From positions 14,942,001 through 15,006,000 of the forward strand of contig JBHGNT010000009.1 in NCBI GenBank assembly GCA_043228905.1: a DNA stretch of 64,000 nucleotides, given 5' to 3'. A model generated the notes under the pieces. That model saw nothing but the letters and a program-made list of their open reading frames with translations. It made no database searches and was not told the origin of the DNA. The stretch comes from Azolla caroliniana (taxonomy: Eukaryota; Plantae; Polypodiophyta). Below, piece after piece: positions 1 through 13,714 of the stretch (the stretch's first letter is position 1; each line of letters starts with the position of its first letter). Position numbers and translations under genes: made by a program.

Positions 1-1360
1 AAAATCGAATTCGTCATCCGACTCGGCGTCATGGTCTCTTCCGCTCCTTTCTTGCTTCCTTCCATGGTCTTCCGGGACTTCTCTCCCCCTCAAGTTCGGC
101 AAATCGCGGTGTTGCAACCCAAGTGCACCCGAGAATTGCTCCAACTTGATGAGACCAAGGGGCTTGGTGAAAATGTTGGCGGTCTGCCGATCCGTCGGAA
201 CATACTAAAGTTCGACATCACCGGAGAGGACATGCTCGTGGACAAAGTAAAGTGGTAGTGCACCTCAATGTGCTTAGTCCGGGCGTGGAAGTCAGGGTTC
301 TTCGCTAACTGGATGCTACTGAGGTTGTCGTAGTAGATCGTCGTCAGATCAGACACCTCCACCTGCAGATCCTGAAGTAGTCGTTTCAGCTAGATGGCTT
401 CGCATGTTGGACAACCGCTCCTCTATACTCGGCTTCGGTGCTTGACAGGGCAATTGTCGTCTGCTTCTTGCTACTCCACGCAATCGCGACGCTCCCAAGA
501 GAGAACGCGAATCTGGATGTGGATCGGCGATCGCCGGCGTTTCCGACCCAATCAGCATCGGTGTAGCCTACTAACTGCGTGGTAGTATCGGTCTGATATA
601 GTAGCCCCTGGTCCTTAGTGCCACTGACGTACCGGAGTACGCGTTGTGCGCACTAAAGGTGCTCCTCGGTTGGCCGCGCCATGAACTGACTAATCACACC
701 GACCGGGTAGCTGATGTCTGGTCGAGTGATAGTCAAGTATATGAGGCTTCTGACAATCTGTCGGAACCTCTTCGGGTCGCAAACCTTTCCGTAGTCGGGG
801 CGAAGCTTGACGGTTCTATCTAGAGGAGTCGAGACAGAATTACAATCTGCCATCCTGAACTTGAAGAGCATACTCATCACGTAATGTTGTTGGCTTATCA
901 GTATGCCTTTGGGGGTATGGATCACTTTGATCCCGAGGAAGTAATGAAGGTCCCCCAGGTCCGTCATGTCAAATGATGCCGCGAGCTAGAGCTTTACACA
1001 GTCAATTTAACCTAGGTCAGCGCCGGTGATGACCAAGCCATCAACATAAAGTAAAATACTAACCGGCATGAGTCGACCTTTCTGAATGAACAGTGAAGAG
1101 TCCGATTTTCGCGTTCCAAGCACGCGGGGCTTGCTTTAGTCCGTAAAGGGACTTCTTCAACCGGCAGACCGCCGAGGTGTTCATTCCGGAGTGAAATCCA
1201 AGGGGTTGTACCATGTACACCTATTCCTCAAGCTCGCCTTGCAGGAATGCATTCTTGAGATCCATCTGATGTAACACAAATGTCTCATCGTAGTCGATGC
1301 CATGTTGTTACGCGTAGCCTTTCGCTACTAACCGGACCTTGTATCAATTCACCGAGCCAT
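1..1360 (-). mobile_element. Ty1/copia RT-RNase H fragment (same family as 4337-10245), degenerate, runs off the window start
   Basis: ORFs 653-967 (MTDLGDLHYFLGI...LIYLTITRPDISYPVG) and 90-362 (HARTKHIEVHYHF) are copia RT/RNase H, with stops, frameshifts and an internal deletion near 1275. Confidence 0.9.
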
Positions 1361-4336
1361 GTCTGATTCTAATGAATCGAGTCCATTTCGAATTTCATGG
1401 ATTGTAGCCATGTTTCGGCGTCCGGTGTGGCTATAGCTTCTTCATACGTGCTTGGTTCATCAGCATCCGTGTAGTTGACATAGTCGAGGCCCGGTTGATA
1501 AAACTCTGTTGGCCTTCGAGCTCGTCCAGATCTCTTGGGTGCCGTAATATCTGGTTCGGATCCGTCAATCAGTTCCGATTGAAGATTGGTATTTGTTGAA
1601 CCAGTTGTGTCAGGAGTCTTGTTAGGTGTCCCACCCCTGCGGTTGTCGTCGACTCTTTTCTAACTTGTCTCTTTGTGACTTTACATGTATCGATCCTTGT
1701 CGATTCAGTTGTGTCGACTTTGTCTTTGAGTTTGATGATAGGACTTGTTGTTGATTTGGTGTCGGTAGGGAAGCTGGCAACTTGTTGGAGTTCGACTGTT
1801 TGTCGAGTCTCCGATTCGGCCCGGTTGGTTGGTCCTTCTACGACAGTGTTGTAATCTTTGAAGGATACCTTCTTACAAACTGTTCTCTGTTGGTTCCGCT
1901 GAGAGAAGATAGATTCTTCATTGAAGACTACGTCGTTGCTCCGGATCAATTTCCGGTTCTCAGGGTCCCATAGCCGGTAGCCGAAGTCCCCATCGGTTCC
2001 ATAACCGAAAAATATGCACTTTGTTGCATGGGGTGCCAACTTCTTCCTTTTGTCCCTGGCCATGAATGCGTAGGCTTCACATCTGAATATACAGAGCCTA
2101 TTGTAGGTTGGTTGTTTGCCTGACCATAGTGCCTGTGGCACTTCGAGCCTGTTTGCATTGCCTCGGGCTAGAATTCCAACTTCACTCTAGCTTGTTGGAG
2201 CATTGCTGTCAACCTCTCCTGGATCTTCCTGTTGATCCATTTTGCCACTCCATTTTGCATGGGTGTTTAGGAAACGGTCTTTTGGTGTCGGATCCCTTTT
2301 CCGTACAGGTGTTGTTTGAAGGCTCTAGAGGTGTACTCACCTCCGCTGTCGGATTGGAGTGTCTTCACTCTGTATCCCAACCAGTTCTCCACTTCATATA
2401 TCCATTGAGTGAAGACCTTGAGCGCTTCATCTTTGAACTTGATGGAGTATGCCCAAACTTTCTGTGTACAGTCATCTACGAATGTGATGAAGTATTGGGA
2501 GCCTCCTAGTGATCGCTCTCGCATGGGCCCACATATGTCTGTGTGCATGAGCTCTAGGGGTTGTCGTAACGTCTCATAGTGGAGAGAGTGCAGACTTCGG
2601 GTTTGTTTCCCATATCGACAATGCTCGCAAAAGTCCGTCTTTGCCTGGAGTTTAGAAATGTAGCCAACTGACATCAGCCAATCAAGTCTGGCTTGAGACA
2701 TGTGGCCAAGTTGGCCATGCCATAAGTTTGGGTCGGTTTTCTCGACTATGTTCACGACCCTTTCAGGGTTGTGCGCCATCAATGGGTATAGATTATTATA
2801 CTTGTGCCCACTCCCGATTTTGAGGTTTCCTCGGCTGATCACCCATGTCGACTCGTGTAGAGTCGTCTGATACCCATCTTCGGCTAACATGATGATGGAG
2901 ACCAGACTCCTCTTTAGATCGGGTACATGCCGAACTCGGTGCAAGGTTATTGTGTTGCCATTTGACAATCGGATGGGAACCTCCCCGGTTCCGGCTATCT
3001 TGCACTCATGCCCGTTTCCCAATCAGATTGTGCCGCTGGCGTCGGTTGAATAGTTTGAGAACCATTCAATGTTGGGGGTCACATGAAATGTGGCGCCAGA
3101 GTCTAGTAACCACATGTGTGCAACTTGTGCACTGTAGAGGACTTCTCCGATCATTGAGTCCTCTAAGGAGAGGATTTCTCCAGATTGAGTGTCGGCAACG
3201 TTGATTTGGTTGTCGACTGGAGAGTGGTTCGAGTCGGAATGTCCCCGATTCCGCTCAGATCACCGACCACTCTCTTTTCTTTTTAATCACCAGTAATCGG
3301 AAATATTGTGGCCAGCTTTCCTGCAGTGTGTGCAGTACTTGCTTGATCGACCCGTTTTCAACTTCGATCGTTGTCGGTCTCCCCTTGTTTTCGATCAACT
3401 GTAGCGTCGACCGGTTCTGTTGGCTTGTTCTTTCATTCAACTTTGTCGGTTGAACGACTCGGTTGAGTGATGGGCTTCTGCCGACTCATCGATGGTTAGT
3501 CCCATCGATTTTCGTCTGATGTCCTTTGTGAGGACTTGGCCGATTGTTTCATCCAAGTTTAGGATCGGTCGGCTATTTGCGTATGTCGTGCAGAATACCT
3601 CCCAACTTGATGGCAAGCTCGATAGGACGGCAAGGACTTTCACTTATTCTTCGAAGTTGATCCCTTGTGACGAGAGCTCAGACAACACCCAGTTGAAGGT
3701 GTTGATGTGGGAGGTTGCCGGATCAGCCTCTCTCATCTTCATGTTGAACAGTTGTTTGATCAAAATCAGTTTAGAAGATGAGGACTTCTTTTCATAAACG
3801 GCATGTAGCTTCTCCCACAATCAGAACGTTGTCGTCTCTTTTGCCATGCTGAAATAGACGTTTTCGGCCAGATGCATTCGGATGGTGGAGCGTGCAATTT
3901 CATCCATTGATCTCCACTCCTCGGTTGTCATTGAAGTCGGTTTTTCACTGTGCTGAATCGCCTCGACCTGTCTTCGAATGATCAACACATCCGGCATCAT
4001 CTCCTTCAACAAGGCAAAGTTTTTGCCATCGAATTTTTTGATTTCAACTCCTGTTCCGGATGTTGAAGCCATATTTTGTTTGTGAACTTGTGATTTCTAA
4101 CTTGGTCTTTTCTTTCAGCTTCTTCTGTTGTCTGTTGCCACCAAACAACAAAATCTTCGCTTTGATACCAGTTCTCGGTAACGAGTGCGATTTGCGGAAA
4201 TGTGTATGGATCTATGTCGGTTCTGAATAGCAAACAACGTAGACAAAAAATAGAATGGTGTGGACTTACACAGTGTAAGCTCTAATGGAAAGCTTTATTG
4301 CTTAGTTCTCTCTCTCTCTTTGAGATACAATACACA

Positions 4337-7300
4337 TGTAAATGTTAATGTGCGGAAGTGTCAAACAAAACCGGCTCAACCGGATAGCAACAGAAAATGA
4401 GATGAAGGTTTAATGGAAAAGCTTAAAAACACAGAGAAGATAGAGAGAGCAGAACATAAAACTATATCCAAAAATTAACTCTAAAACTCTGTTCATACAA
4501 CGTGCTAAACAACACTATTTATACAAGTCCATAAAGGACTAACAGAAGTATTGACAGGTACTTCAATGCTCACACGTGCGACTGACACTAACTACTAGAC
4601 AATGATTACCTAGTAGTCTAGGCTACTACTAGGCTTCCGGTTCGCTCTTTGATCCGGCTCCCCGATCCGGCCGGTTGTTTCCGGAATCCATCCAGATACC
4701 GATCCGGCTCATCCTTCCGGATGTCGATGCGGATATGGTTGAGCTTGCTTGCTCAACACTCCCCCTCAACCTCAACATGAGGTCGAATCGTGGTGTTAGT
4801 GTCTGCGGCAACCGGTTCTTCTACTCGGCTCCTTCTAGCGTTGCTCCACCTCGCCCGTGTTCCTCGTCCGGTCCGGTCTTGTTTGTTGCGACCCTTCTGG
4901 TTCTGCGCACCTCGACCTCCTCGGTCAGCTTGTCTACTCACCTCGACCTCCCTCGCTACTGCGACTCCGACACTTGTCGACCCATCGGTTCCTTCATGTT
5001 GGCGTCGACTTCCGCTGCATCTGTGTCTGCTTCGCCTTTAGTTGATCCCGCTTCTCCGAATCTTGAACCGAATTGGTTTCCTTCGATTCGTTCCAGCTCT
5101 TGTCCGAGTCAGTGTTCTTCAACTCGTCTTCCGGTTTCAGGCCCTTCACCACAACGGACCACGTCCGGGTCTTGGCCATTTTCTTCCGGTTGGCTTTGTC
5201 CTTCTTGACTCTGACGCCGTTGTTGCTTGTTCCGACCTTTTCGGATGTGCCGACTCCTTCGGTCAGCTCGGCTTCCTTTTTCTTCTCATCTCCCCCTTTG
5301 TTGGTTCTTTCTTCCTCTTCGGCTCCTTGTCTGGTGCCATCCATTTCCTTTCCTTTTCTCCCCCTCAAGTGCGGCACATCGAGATGCTGAACACCAAGCA
5401 TTTCGGTGAAGTGCTGCAACTTGTCCGATACAAGCGGTTTGGTGAAGATATTGGCAATTTGTTGATCCGTCTGAACATACCGAAGTTCTACTTCACTGCT
5501 CAAAACTAGCTCACGCACAAAGTGATAGTGGACTTCAATGTGCTTCGTCTGAGCATGGAACACGGGGTTCTTGGCGAGCTGAATGTTGCTCATGTTGTCA
5601 CAAATAGATCAAGATCGGGGTCGGGACCTCAAACCGCAGGTCTTGCAGCAATCGCCGAAGCCAAATGGCTTCACAGGTGGCATTGGTAGCGCCCCAGTAT
5701 TCAGCCTCAGTGCTCGATAGAGCCATTGTTCGCTACTTTTTGTTGCTCCACGCAACAGTCGCACTACCCAAAGAAAACATGTAACCAAAGGTGGATCGGC
5801 AATCTGATGCATCACCGGCCTAGTCACCATCTATATATCCGACTAATTCTTCGGTTATACCATGCCGGTATAACAGTCCCCGGTCCTTCGTGCCGCTCAC
5901 ATACCGGAGTATCCGGTGTGCGCACTAAAGGTGCTCGATGGTCGGCTTCTGCATGAACTGGTTGATCACTCCGACCGGGTTACTGAGGTCGGGTCGAGTG
6001 ATCATCAAGTATATCAGGCTTCCGACGATTTGTCGGAACTGTTGCTCATCGCAGGCCGGTCCGGAGTTGGGACAAAGCTTCTAGTTTCGGTCCAGGGGTG
6101 TGGAGACAGGTCGGCACTCCGTCATACCGAACTTGTACAACATATTCAACACATAGTGTCATTGTGAGAGCAATATGCCGTCGGGGGTCCGGATCACCTC
6201 GATCCCAAGAAAATAATGAAGGTCCCCCAGGTCCTTCATTTCAAATGCGTCCGACAACTGGGACTTTACTCGGCCGATTTCATTGAGTCCGGGTTCAGTG
6301 ATGACTAAATCATCAACATAAAGTAGGATGCAAACCGGACCGTCCGGACCTTGCTGGATGAACAACGACGAGTCGGATTTAGAGGTCACAAACCCCATCT
6401 TATGGAACCAGTGCGTGATCTTCGCATTCCAAGCTCGGTGGGCTTGTTTCAAACCATAAAGTGACTTCTTGAGCTGGCACACCGCCGACTTGTTCATCTC
6501 CGACTGAAAACCGGGAGGTTGGATCATATAGACCCGTTCTACGAGGTCACCTTGAAAAAACGCATTCTTCACGTCCATCTGGTGAAGATGCCACCCCCTT
6601 GCCACAACAACCGTTAGTAACACACGAACCGTCCTCATCTTCGCTACCGGGGTGAAGGTCTCGTCGTAATTGATTCCCTGGGTCTATGTGTATCCCTTCG
6701 CCACTAACCGGGCCTTGTACCGGTTAACTGAACCATTGGCATTGTACTTTACCTTGTACACCTATTTGCAACCGATCGATTTACAGTGTCGGGGAGGGTC
6801 AACGAGGTCCTATGTGTCATTGGCATCTAGTGCCCGCATTTCTTCCTCCATAGCGGCACACAAATTTGTGTCCTTTGCCACTTCTATGTAGCTCTCCGGC
6901 TCACGCCCTTCCGCCACCTTAGTCATGAATGCATAATGATGCGCCATGTACTCATTGTACCCGTACCACATAACGGGGTTCTTCAGGCGGGAAGACTGGC
7001 GTAACTTGGTATTACCTGGTTTGGGGCCCTTCTTGACCAGGTCGGACTTCATTCCCGAAGATCCGCCTTCATCCTTTCCGGAGTCGGATTCGCTTCGTTC
7101 CAGCTCAAAGTTGTCGGTTTCGTATTCCAACATCTTTTTCTTCCCTTTCTCTTTGCGTGTGAACCGTCTCCTCAATTCCTTGTGCGGGGAGAGCACGACA
7201 GAGTCTCCACCACTCACCAGTTCCTCATCCGACTGGTCATCTCGACTCAGCCGCTCATTCGGTCCACTTAGCCGGAATGAGATCAGACTCTCTTCTAGAG

Positions 7301-10245
7301 TGCCGAAGTCTTCATCTTCTACCTAGACCTCCTCGGACTCACTAGCCACATCTTCCGGAATCGGGTCTTCGTCGGGAGTTGGAGTCAGTAAGGAGTACCA
7401 TGATGCCGTCTCATCAAACTCAAAATCTCGGCTTACTCGGACCTAATTAGTCTGGGGGTTATAGCACTTATACCCCTTTTGCTCATGCCAATAACCGACT
7501 AGAATGCACTTCTCCGACTTCAGATCCAGCTTCCTCCGCTTCTCATCCGGTACATGCACATATGCTATGCTACCGAATATCCGAGGTGTCTTAAATTCGG
7601 CTTTCGCCCGAAATACAGCTCATGTGCTAACACCATGTCACCAATCCGGTTTTGGATGTAGACGGCCGTCCGAACTGCCTTGGCCCAGTAGAAATGGGGC
7701 ATGCTCTTCTCCTCCAGCATTGCCCCTGCCGCGTTGACAATCGACCAGTTCTTCCTTTCAGCCACACCGTTTTGCTCCGGTGTGTACCTATAGCTGAATT
7801 CTCTCTGAATTCCATTCTACTGTAGATAACTGTTAAATTGGCCGGAAAAGTATTATTTCGTGCCATCAGACCACATGCACTTGATCTTCCTCTCCATTTC
7901 CCGTTCAACCAAGTTTTGAAGGTTCCGGAAACACTCGAAGACTTCGCTCTTCCTCTTGATGAGGTAGATCCACTTGTGTTGGTTGTACTTGTCGATGAAG
8001 GAGACGAAGTACCGACTCCTGCCAAGACTAACATTTTGTGTCGGTCCCCATACATCCGAATGGATTAAATCGAGCTTGTTATGGCTCCGGTCTCGATCGG
8101 TGGGGAATGGAAGCCGGTGTTGCTTTCCGAGTTGGCAGGCTTCACAAATTTCGGCCTTCCGGCCGCTAAATTTCGGCAAACCGAAAACGACTTGTTTCGA
8201 TTGCAGGTCTTGAAGCCTCCGATAATTGATGTGGCCGATCCGCTTGTGCCACAGGTCGATGTCCTATTCGACCTTTTGCCCTTTCGCAAACATAGCGGTG
8301 CCGGCATCATTAGTGTTGAGGATGAACATCCTCCCGTCTCTGCCCTTGTGCAATTATCCGGCCCTCTTCCTCAATGAAGCACCCTAGGTGTGTAAACCGC
8401 ACCTGCATCCCCTGGTTGAGGATTTGTCCAGCTAACACCCGGTTCTTGTGATAGTCAGAACGTGTAGTACTTTCATCAACTTCCCCTTTTGTCCGACATG
8501 GCTTACATGGACTTCTCCGACATGCGCAATCGGGTGAGGGGTGTCATCTCCAGTTTCGACAATCCCCGATTGTTCCGGTTTCTCCAAAAAAGAGAACCAC
8601 TCTTCATGGCTCGTCATGTGCTTGGACGCTCCGGAATCAATGTACCATACTTCCTCCAATACAGAAGTAGTCTTCTTCATCGAGTTGGCCTTGTGCTTCA
8701 TCACGAAGGCTAGCCCTTTACCGGTTTTCCCGGTTCCGGATCCTTCCGATCCTTTCGCGTAGTGCGAGCTTTGCCGGTTTTCCTGGTTCCGGATCCTTCC
8801 AATCCTTTCGCGTAGTGCGAGCTTTGCCGGTTTTCTTGACCGGTTTTGCTGGATCTGAATTTGTCCTAATCGGCGCGCTTCTTCCAGCACTCGCTTTCCC
8901 TATGGCACTTTTGCCACAGTACCAACATTCCGTGTTGGCCTTTCCTTGCCAGTTCCTGGCGCCGCTTTGACTCCCTCTGCTTGTGGAGGGTCCAGAACTG
9001 TTTTCGGCACACCCTCTGTCCCTCCGGTCTTGCTCTTGTCGGCCGTCTCCATTGCGTGCCGATCCACCTCGTCCACCATGTCCATGGGGCCAATCTGTCT
9101 CCATGTACAACATCCGGCCGTCCGATTGAGTGGTCCTTGACCCACTCGCATGGTTTTCTTCAACCATCAGCATCGATTGCAAGTCGAAGAAGGACGGTGG
9201 TTTCTCCCGGGTGCAGATTGCTATCCGGATTTGCCCATACCTTTGCGCTAGACCACCGAGGCAGATTTGTACCATCTTGTCTTCGTCCACCGTCACGTTG
9301 ATGGAGCCGAATGCATCACAAATCTCCTTTATCTTGGTGGTGTAGTCCGTAACCGACATGTCTCTTTGCCGGATGTTGTTCAACTCTTGCCAGAGCTACA
9401 ACTTACGAGCTATGGTACTTGCGGAGAAAATCTTCTGTAGATTTTCCCATGCCTCCTTTGGTGTCTTTGCATCCTTGATGTTGATGAGCATTTGATCATG
9501 CACACCGGACGCGAGACAATACAGTACCCAACTCGCTCCTTGCTCCCATACCGGGAAGTCTTTGTGTGACGGCTCCAATACCACTTCATTTGTTCCTTCC
9601 ACAAATCTCCAATATCCATGCCCCAGCAGGTACTGGTGCATTTTATATTACCAGGACGCATAGTTTCTCCGGTCAAGCTTCTCTATTGGAAGTGAACTCG
9701 CCATTCCTCTGTCCATATCTTCTCTCTATTTGTTGTTACCGGGTTCTAGGGTTCGTCTACAAAAGCAAATGTCGGCTGCAGAGGTTCTCAACCCTCGCGC
9801 TCTAATACCATGTGAATGTTAATGTGCAGAAGTGTCAAACAGAACTGGCTCAGCCAAATAGCAACAGAAAATGAGATGAAGGTTTAATGAAAAAGCTTAA
9901 AAACACAGAGGAGACAGACAGAGCAGAACATAAAACTATATTCAAAAATTAACTCTAAAACTCTGTTCATACAATGTGCTAAACAAAACTATTTATACAA
10001 GTCCATAAAGGACTAACAGAAGTATTGACAAGTACTTCAATGCTCACACATGCGACTGACACTAACTACTAGACAATGATTACCTAGTAGTCTAGGCTAC
10101 TACTAGGCTTCCGGTTCCCTCTCGAATCCGGCTCTCCGATCTAGCCGGTTGTTTCCAGATACCGATCCGGCTCATCCTTCCGGATGCCGATCCGGCTCAG
10201 GCTTATTCAGCCGATCCGGATCCGGTTGAGCTTGCCCGCTCAACA
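4337..10245 (-). mobile_element. Full-length degenerate Ty1/copia element, LTRs 4337-4758 and 9811-10245, TSD ACACA
   Basis: Paired TG..CA LTRs; ACACA at 4332-4336 and 10246-10250; PBS rc TGGTATTAGAGC 9799-9810; PPT rc GAGGGGGAG 4759-4767; gag (CWYCGK), protease (WYIDSGAS), integrase (HSDVWGP), RT ([12 protein letters not shown]), RNase H in copia order with stops and frameshifts. Confidence 0.95.
8721..8835. repeat. 53-bp tandem duplication inside copia gag
   Basis: CCGGTTTTC recurs at 8721, 8774 and 8827 with the intervening unit duplicated; single-copy in the sister element near 20640-20710. Confidence 0.9.
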
Positions 10246-10395
10246 ACACAAAACCAGAGAATATGTTCTTCGTCACTCTTCCTCTCGTCACTCATTACAA
10301 TGTTAGGTATTCGCTTATATAATAAGCCCTAACTTATTAACAAGTTCACACTCGGACGGATACAACTTGGAAGGAGTCGGCCTTTTATGCCAACA

Positions 10396-13300
10396 ACCTA
10401 ATGTTCTTTGCACACTTGAGTGTCCAGTAGAAGGGGCATCATGACATTCATATAGAATTTTATTCTTGATGTCCTTTATGTGTGGTATGCAACCCTTACT
10501 ATTATGGTGCAATAACCCATTCACGACATAGTAAACATTCTTCCGAGTAGATGTGGTTCCATAATTGACATCAATACCTGTTTCAGCTCTCTTCCAAAAC
10601 TTGAAAAATGTTCTGTCATCAAGGTATTTTTGTTTACCCCGGATCAAATCAAATAAGTCACTGTTAAATTCTATGAAACTTAGGGCATTAATTTGTGGAA
10701 TACAACTCAAGGCATCTGCAAAGGAATTCGAAGACCCTTTTCGATATCTAATTTCGAAATTGAAGTCTTGCCTCAACTCTACCCATCTTGCCTTTCAAGC
10801 CTCAAAATTCTTTTGAGAAAGGAAGTATTGCAAGGATGTGTGGTCCGTTAAAACAATGAATTTACTACCATACAAATAATGTCACCATTTCTTTAAGGCA
10901 TAAATGATAGAAAATAATTCTTTTTCTTGAAACGAGTAATTTCTTTGGGCCAAATCTAATTTTTTGCTTTCAAAAGAAATTGGTCTCCCAATTTGAAATA
11001 ATGCAGCCCCAATAGCATAATCACTTGCATCTGTCTCAACTTCAAACATTTGATTAGGATCAGGTATAGCTAAAGTTGGTGCATTCACAATTAATGACTT
11101 CAACATATTGAAGGTTTCTTCAAGAGAGGCATTCCACTCAATAGCTTTAGTGGACTTTCTTGTAATACCCTTCAATAGGTCCGTAAATAGTGCAGTGTAG
11201 GATGAATAGTTTTGAAGAGATCTTCTTAGGAATCCAACAAATCCTAAGAAAGATCGTCGCTCCTTAACATTTGAAGGTCGTGGCCAATTTAATACTGCTT
11301 CTATCTTAGATTTATCGATAGAAACACCCGACCTAGATATGTGGCGTCCAAGATACATAACTTCCTTTTGAAAGAAATCACATTTAGATAGTTTGGCAAA
11401 TAGCTTGCATTCACGAAGCTTATCCAAAACTATTCAGACATGACACACATGATCCTCAAATGTGTTACTATATACCGTGATGTCATCAAGGAATACGACC
11501 ACGAAATCGCCTAGTTGATCTCTAAATATATCATTCATCAATTGTTGGAATGTGGCTGGAGCATCCGTCAATCCAAATGGTAGAACCCGAAACTCATAAT
11601 GACCATAACGAGTTCGGAAAGCTGTTTTGGAAACATCTCCTTCCGAAACCCTAATTTGATGATAGCCAATGCGCAAGTCTATCTTAGTAAAATATCTTGC
11701 ACTTTGGAGTCTATCTATCAAGTCATCAAAACGAGGCAAAGAGTAAGAATTGTGAATGGTGAGTTTATTCAAACCCTTGTAATTTACACACATTCGCCAA
11801 GTTCCATCCTTCTTCTTGGCCAAGATGACGGGAGCTCCCCATGGCGATTTGTTGTACCGGATGTGTCCCATCCTCAAGTATTCCTTGATTTGTCGGGCAA
11901 TTTCATCCTCTTCAGTTCGACTCAACCGATAAGGGGGTATGCTCACAGGTTTAGCGCCTGGAACCAAGTTTATCTTATGATCTATAGACCGAGAAGGAGG
12001 GAATCCTTGAGGTAACTTATCTGGAAATAAGTCCTTAAAATGCGACAATATATCATGTAGAGCATCTTTCTCAAAATCATCCAATGAACTCTTATCTACA
12101 AATTGATAAAGAGGATCATTGGGCTGTAATATACACACATAAAATTGTGCATCGACATTTCGATCATAAGTATAAAGATGATTAATAGACATTAAATTGT
12201 TTATTGCAGTCCCCTGAATAAAAACTTGTTGGTTGTTATTTCCTTCAAAAGAAATAGTATGATTCAACCAATCGATATCAAGACTATGTCTATTATAAAA
12301 CCATCTGTAACCAAAAACTACATCTGTCGCTCGTAAACGCATTACAAGAAAAGTCAACTTTTCAGTGTAGTTATTTATTACTAGGCGTACACCATGTGCA
12401 ATTAATGAATGGCTTTGGACATGGCCTCCCACAGTAAGGACTTTGTAGTCGTGGTCACTTTTGGTTGTTTTTATTCATAACATCTGCACCATATTAGAGT
12501 CAAGAAAATTATGAGTGCTACCACAGTCAAATAGTATAGTTACACTTTGATTGTGGATAGTTCCATAAGTTTTAAGTAAATCGTGTGGTCCCAGAATATT
12601 TTTTTGTAATGCAATAGTACTAACGAAATTCAAATAATTCAAGAACATACTTGGACTATTGGAACTTGATGGTTTTCTTTGCGGATTGTTGGAGTTACCG
12701 CTCTCCTTTCTCTGCCTACACTCGTTGGCTTTATGCCCAGGGTTCTTACAAAAGTTGCAGATTATTACCCGCCTTTTCGCATTGTCACATTGACCTATCG
12801 AAGAAGGTTGCTATCTACGTTTATCGCTTTCTCCTTTTGACTCTTTTGGTTGTAACGAGCTTTTGTGTCAAATAAAATGCGGGCACGTTCCATCGCTTCT
12901 CCCAAAGTCTTGGGTTGATGAGCATGGATCTCATAATGAAAATCTTTATTATGGAAATTATTAATATATAATCCTATTAGTATTTCCTCATTAGATGTCG
13001 ACAAAAGTCCATTCTTTGTTATCAAGTCACAGAATACTTATTGAATTGCTAAATAGTCCTGCCCTTATCAAACAAGTTACACATATCTTGTATCACTTGA
13101 GAAGTCGTCTTGGGACGGACAAATTCCATCCTGAGAGTCTTTTCAAATGCCTCCCACGTTCCTGGTTGTTTATCCAACCACTCCAACCAAGAGTTTGCGG
13201 CACCGATCATCTCACGAACCACCATATCGATCTTTTTAGAGTCATTCTGAATATTCTCGAGGCGAGAGTGAGCATTCCATCGGTTTATCCAACTGCTCAC

Positions 13301-13714
13301 AAACTAGTGGGTGGGTTGCTTATCCCTTCTTGAGAACTGTTGAGGAGTAAATGAAGGCTTCTTCGTATTGCTTGATGTGGAAGTGTGTGCCTTTAACTCC
13401 AAAAAATTTTGTTGAAGGTTTTCAAACTGATGCTTATTGGCATCAAGAAGCCCTTCAAGTTTGGAGGAGAACACAATTGTGACCATTGTCATTGACTTGA
13501 CAATATTGTCTTGCATTTTACGGAAATCATCCCTCGTGACGAATTCGATATCGTCGTTAATATCCTCGTCACAGACCGGAGATATTGGTCGGTCGTCCTC
13601 ATCTCGCATTGGAGAAATTGGATGACCTTGACATGTGGGAGATGTGGGATGTATCTGAAAACTTTGATGGTTGGGAGATGTAGGATGTGTAGAATTGCGA
13701 GAAGAGGAAGCCAT
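10396..13714 (-). mobile_element. Ty3/gypsy chromovirus-type relic (gag-PR-RT-RNase H-start of integrase), cut by the copia LTR at 10395
   Basis: [22 protein letters not shown]...SPWGAPV...[12 protein letters not shown]...FLDDI; RNase H ETDASDYAIGAAL; integrase HDAPSTGH; gag-like ORFs 12795-13714. LTR ends not resolved. Confidence 0.85.

Larger units (their letters stand above)
1361..10395 (-). mobile_element. Tnt1-like Ty1/copia relic: gag-protease-integrase (1361-4072), PBS, and a 5' LTR (~4173-10395) split by the 4337-10245 insertion
   Basis: Gag start MASTSGTGVEIKKFDGKNF at 4072; GAG-pre-integrase LWHGQLGHMS..CEHC; integrase HTDICGP/FVDD/SDSGGEY; RKKLAPHATKCIFFGY. PBS-Met rc TGGTATCAAAGC at 4159-4170. 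The LTR appears to end CCAACA at 10395, next to Gypsy integrase sequence. Confidence 0.75.
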
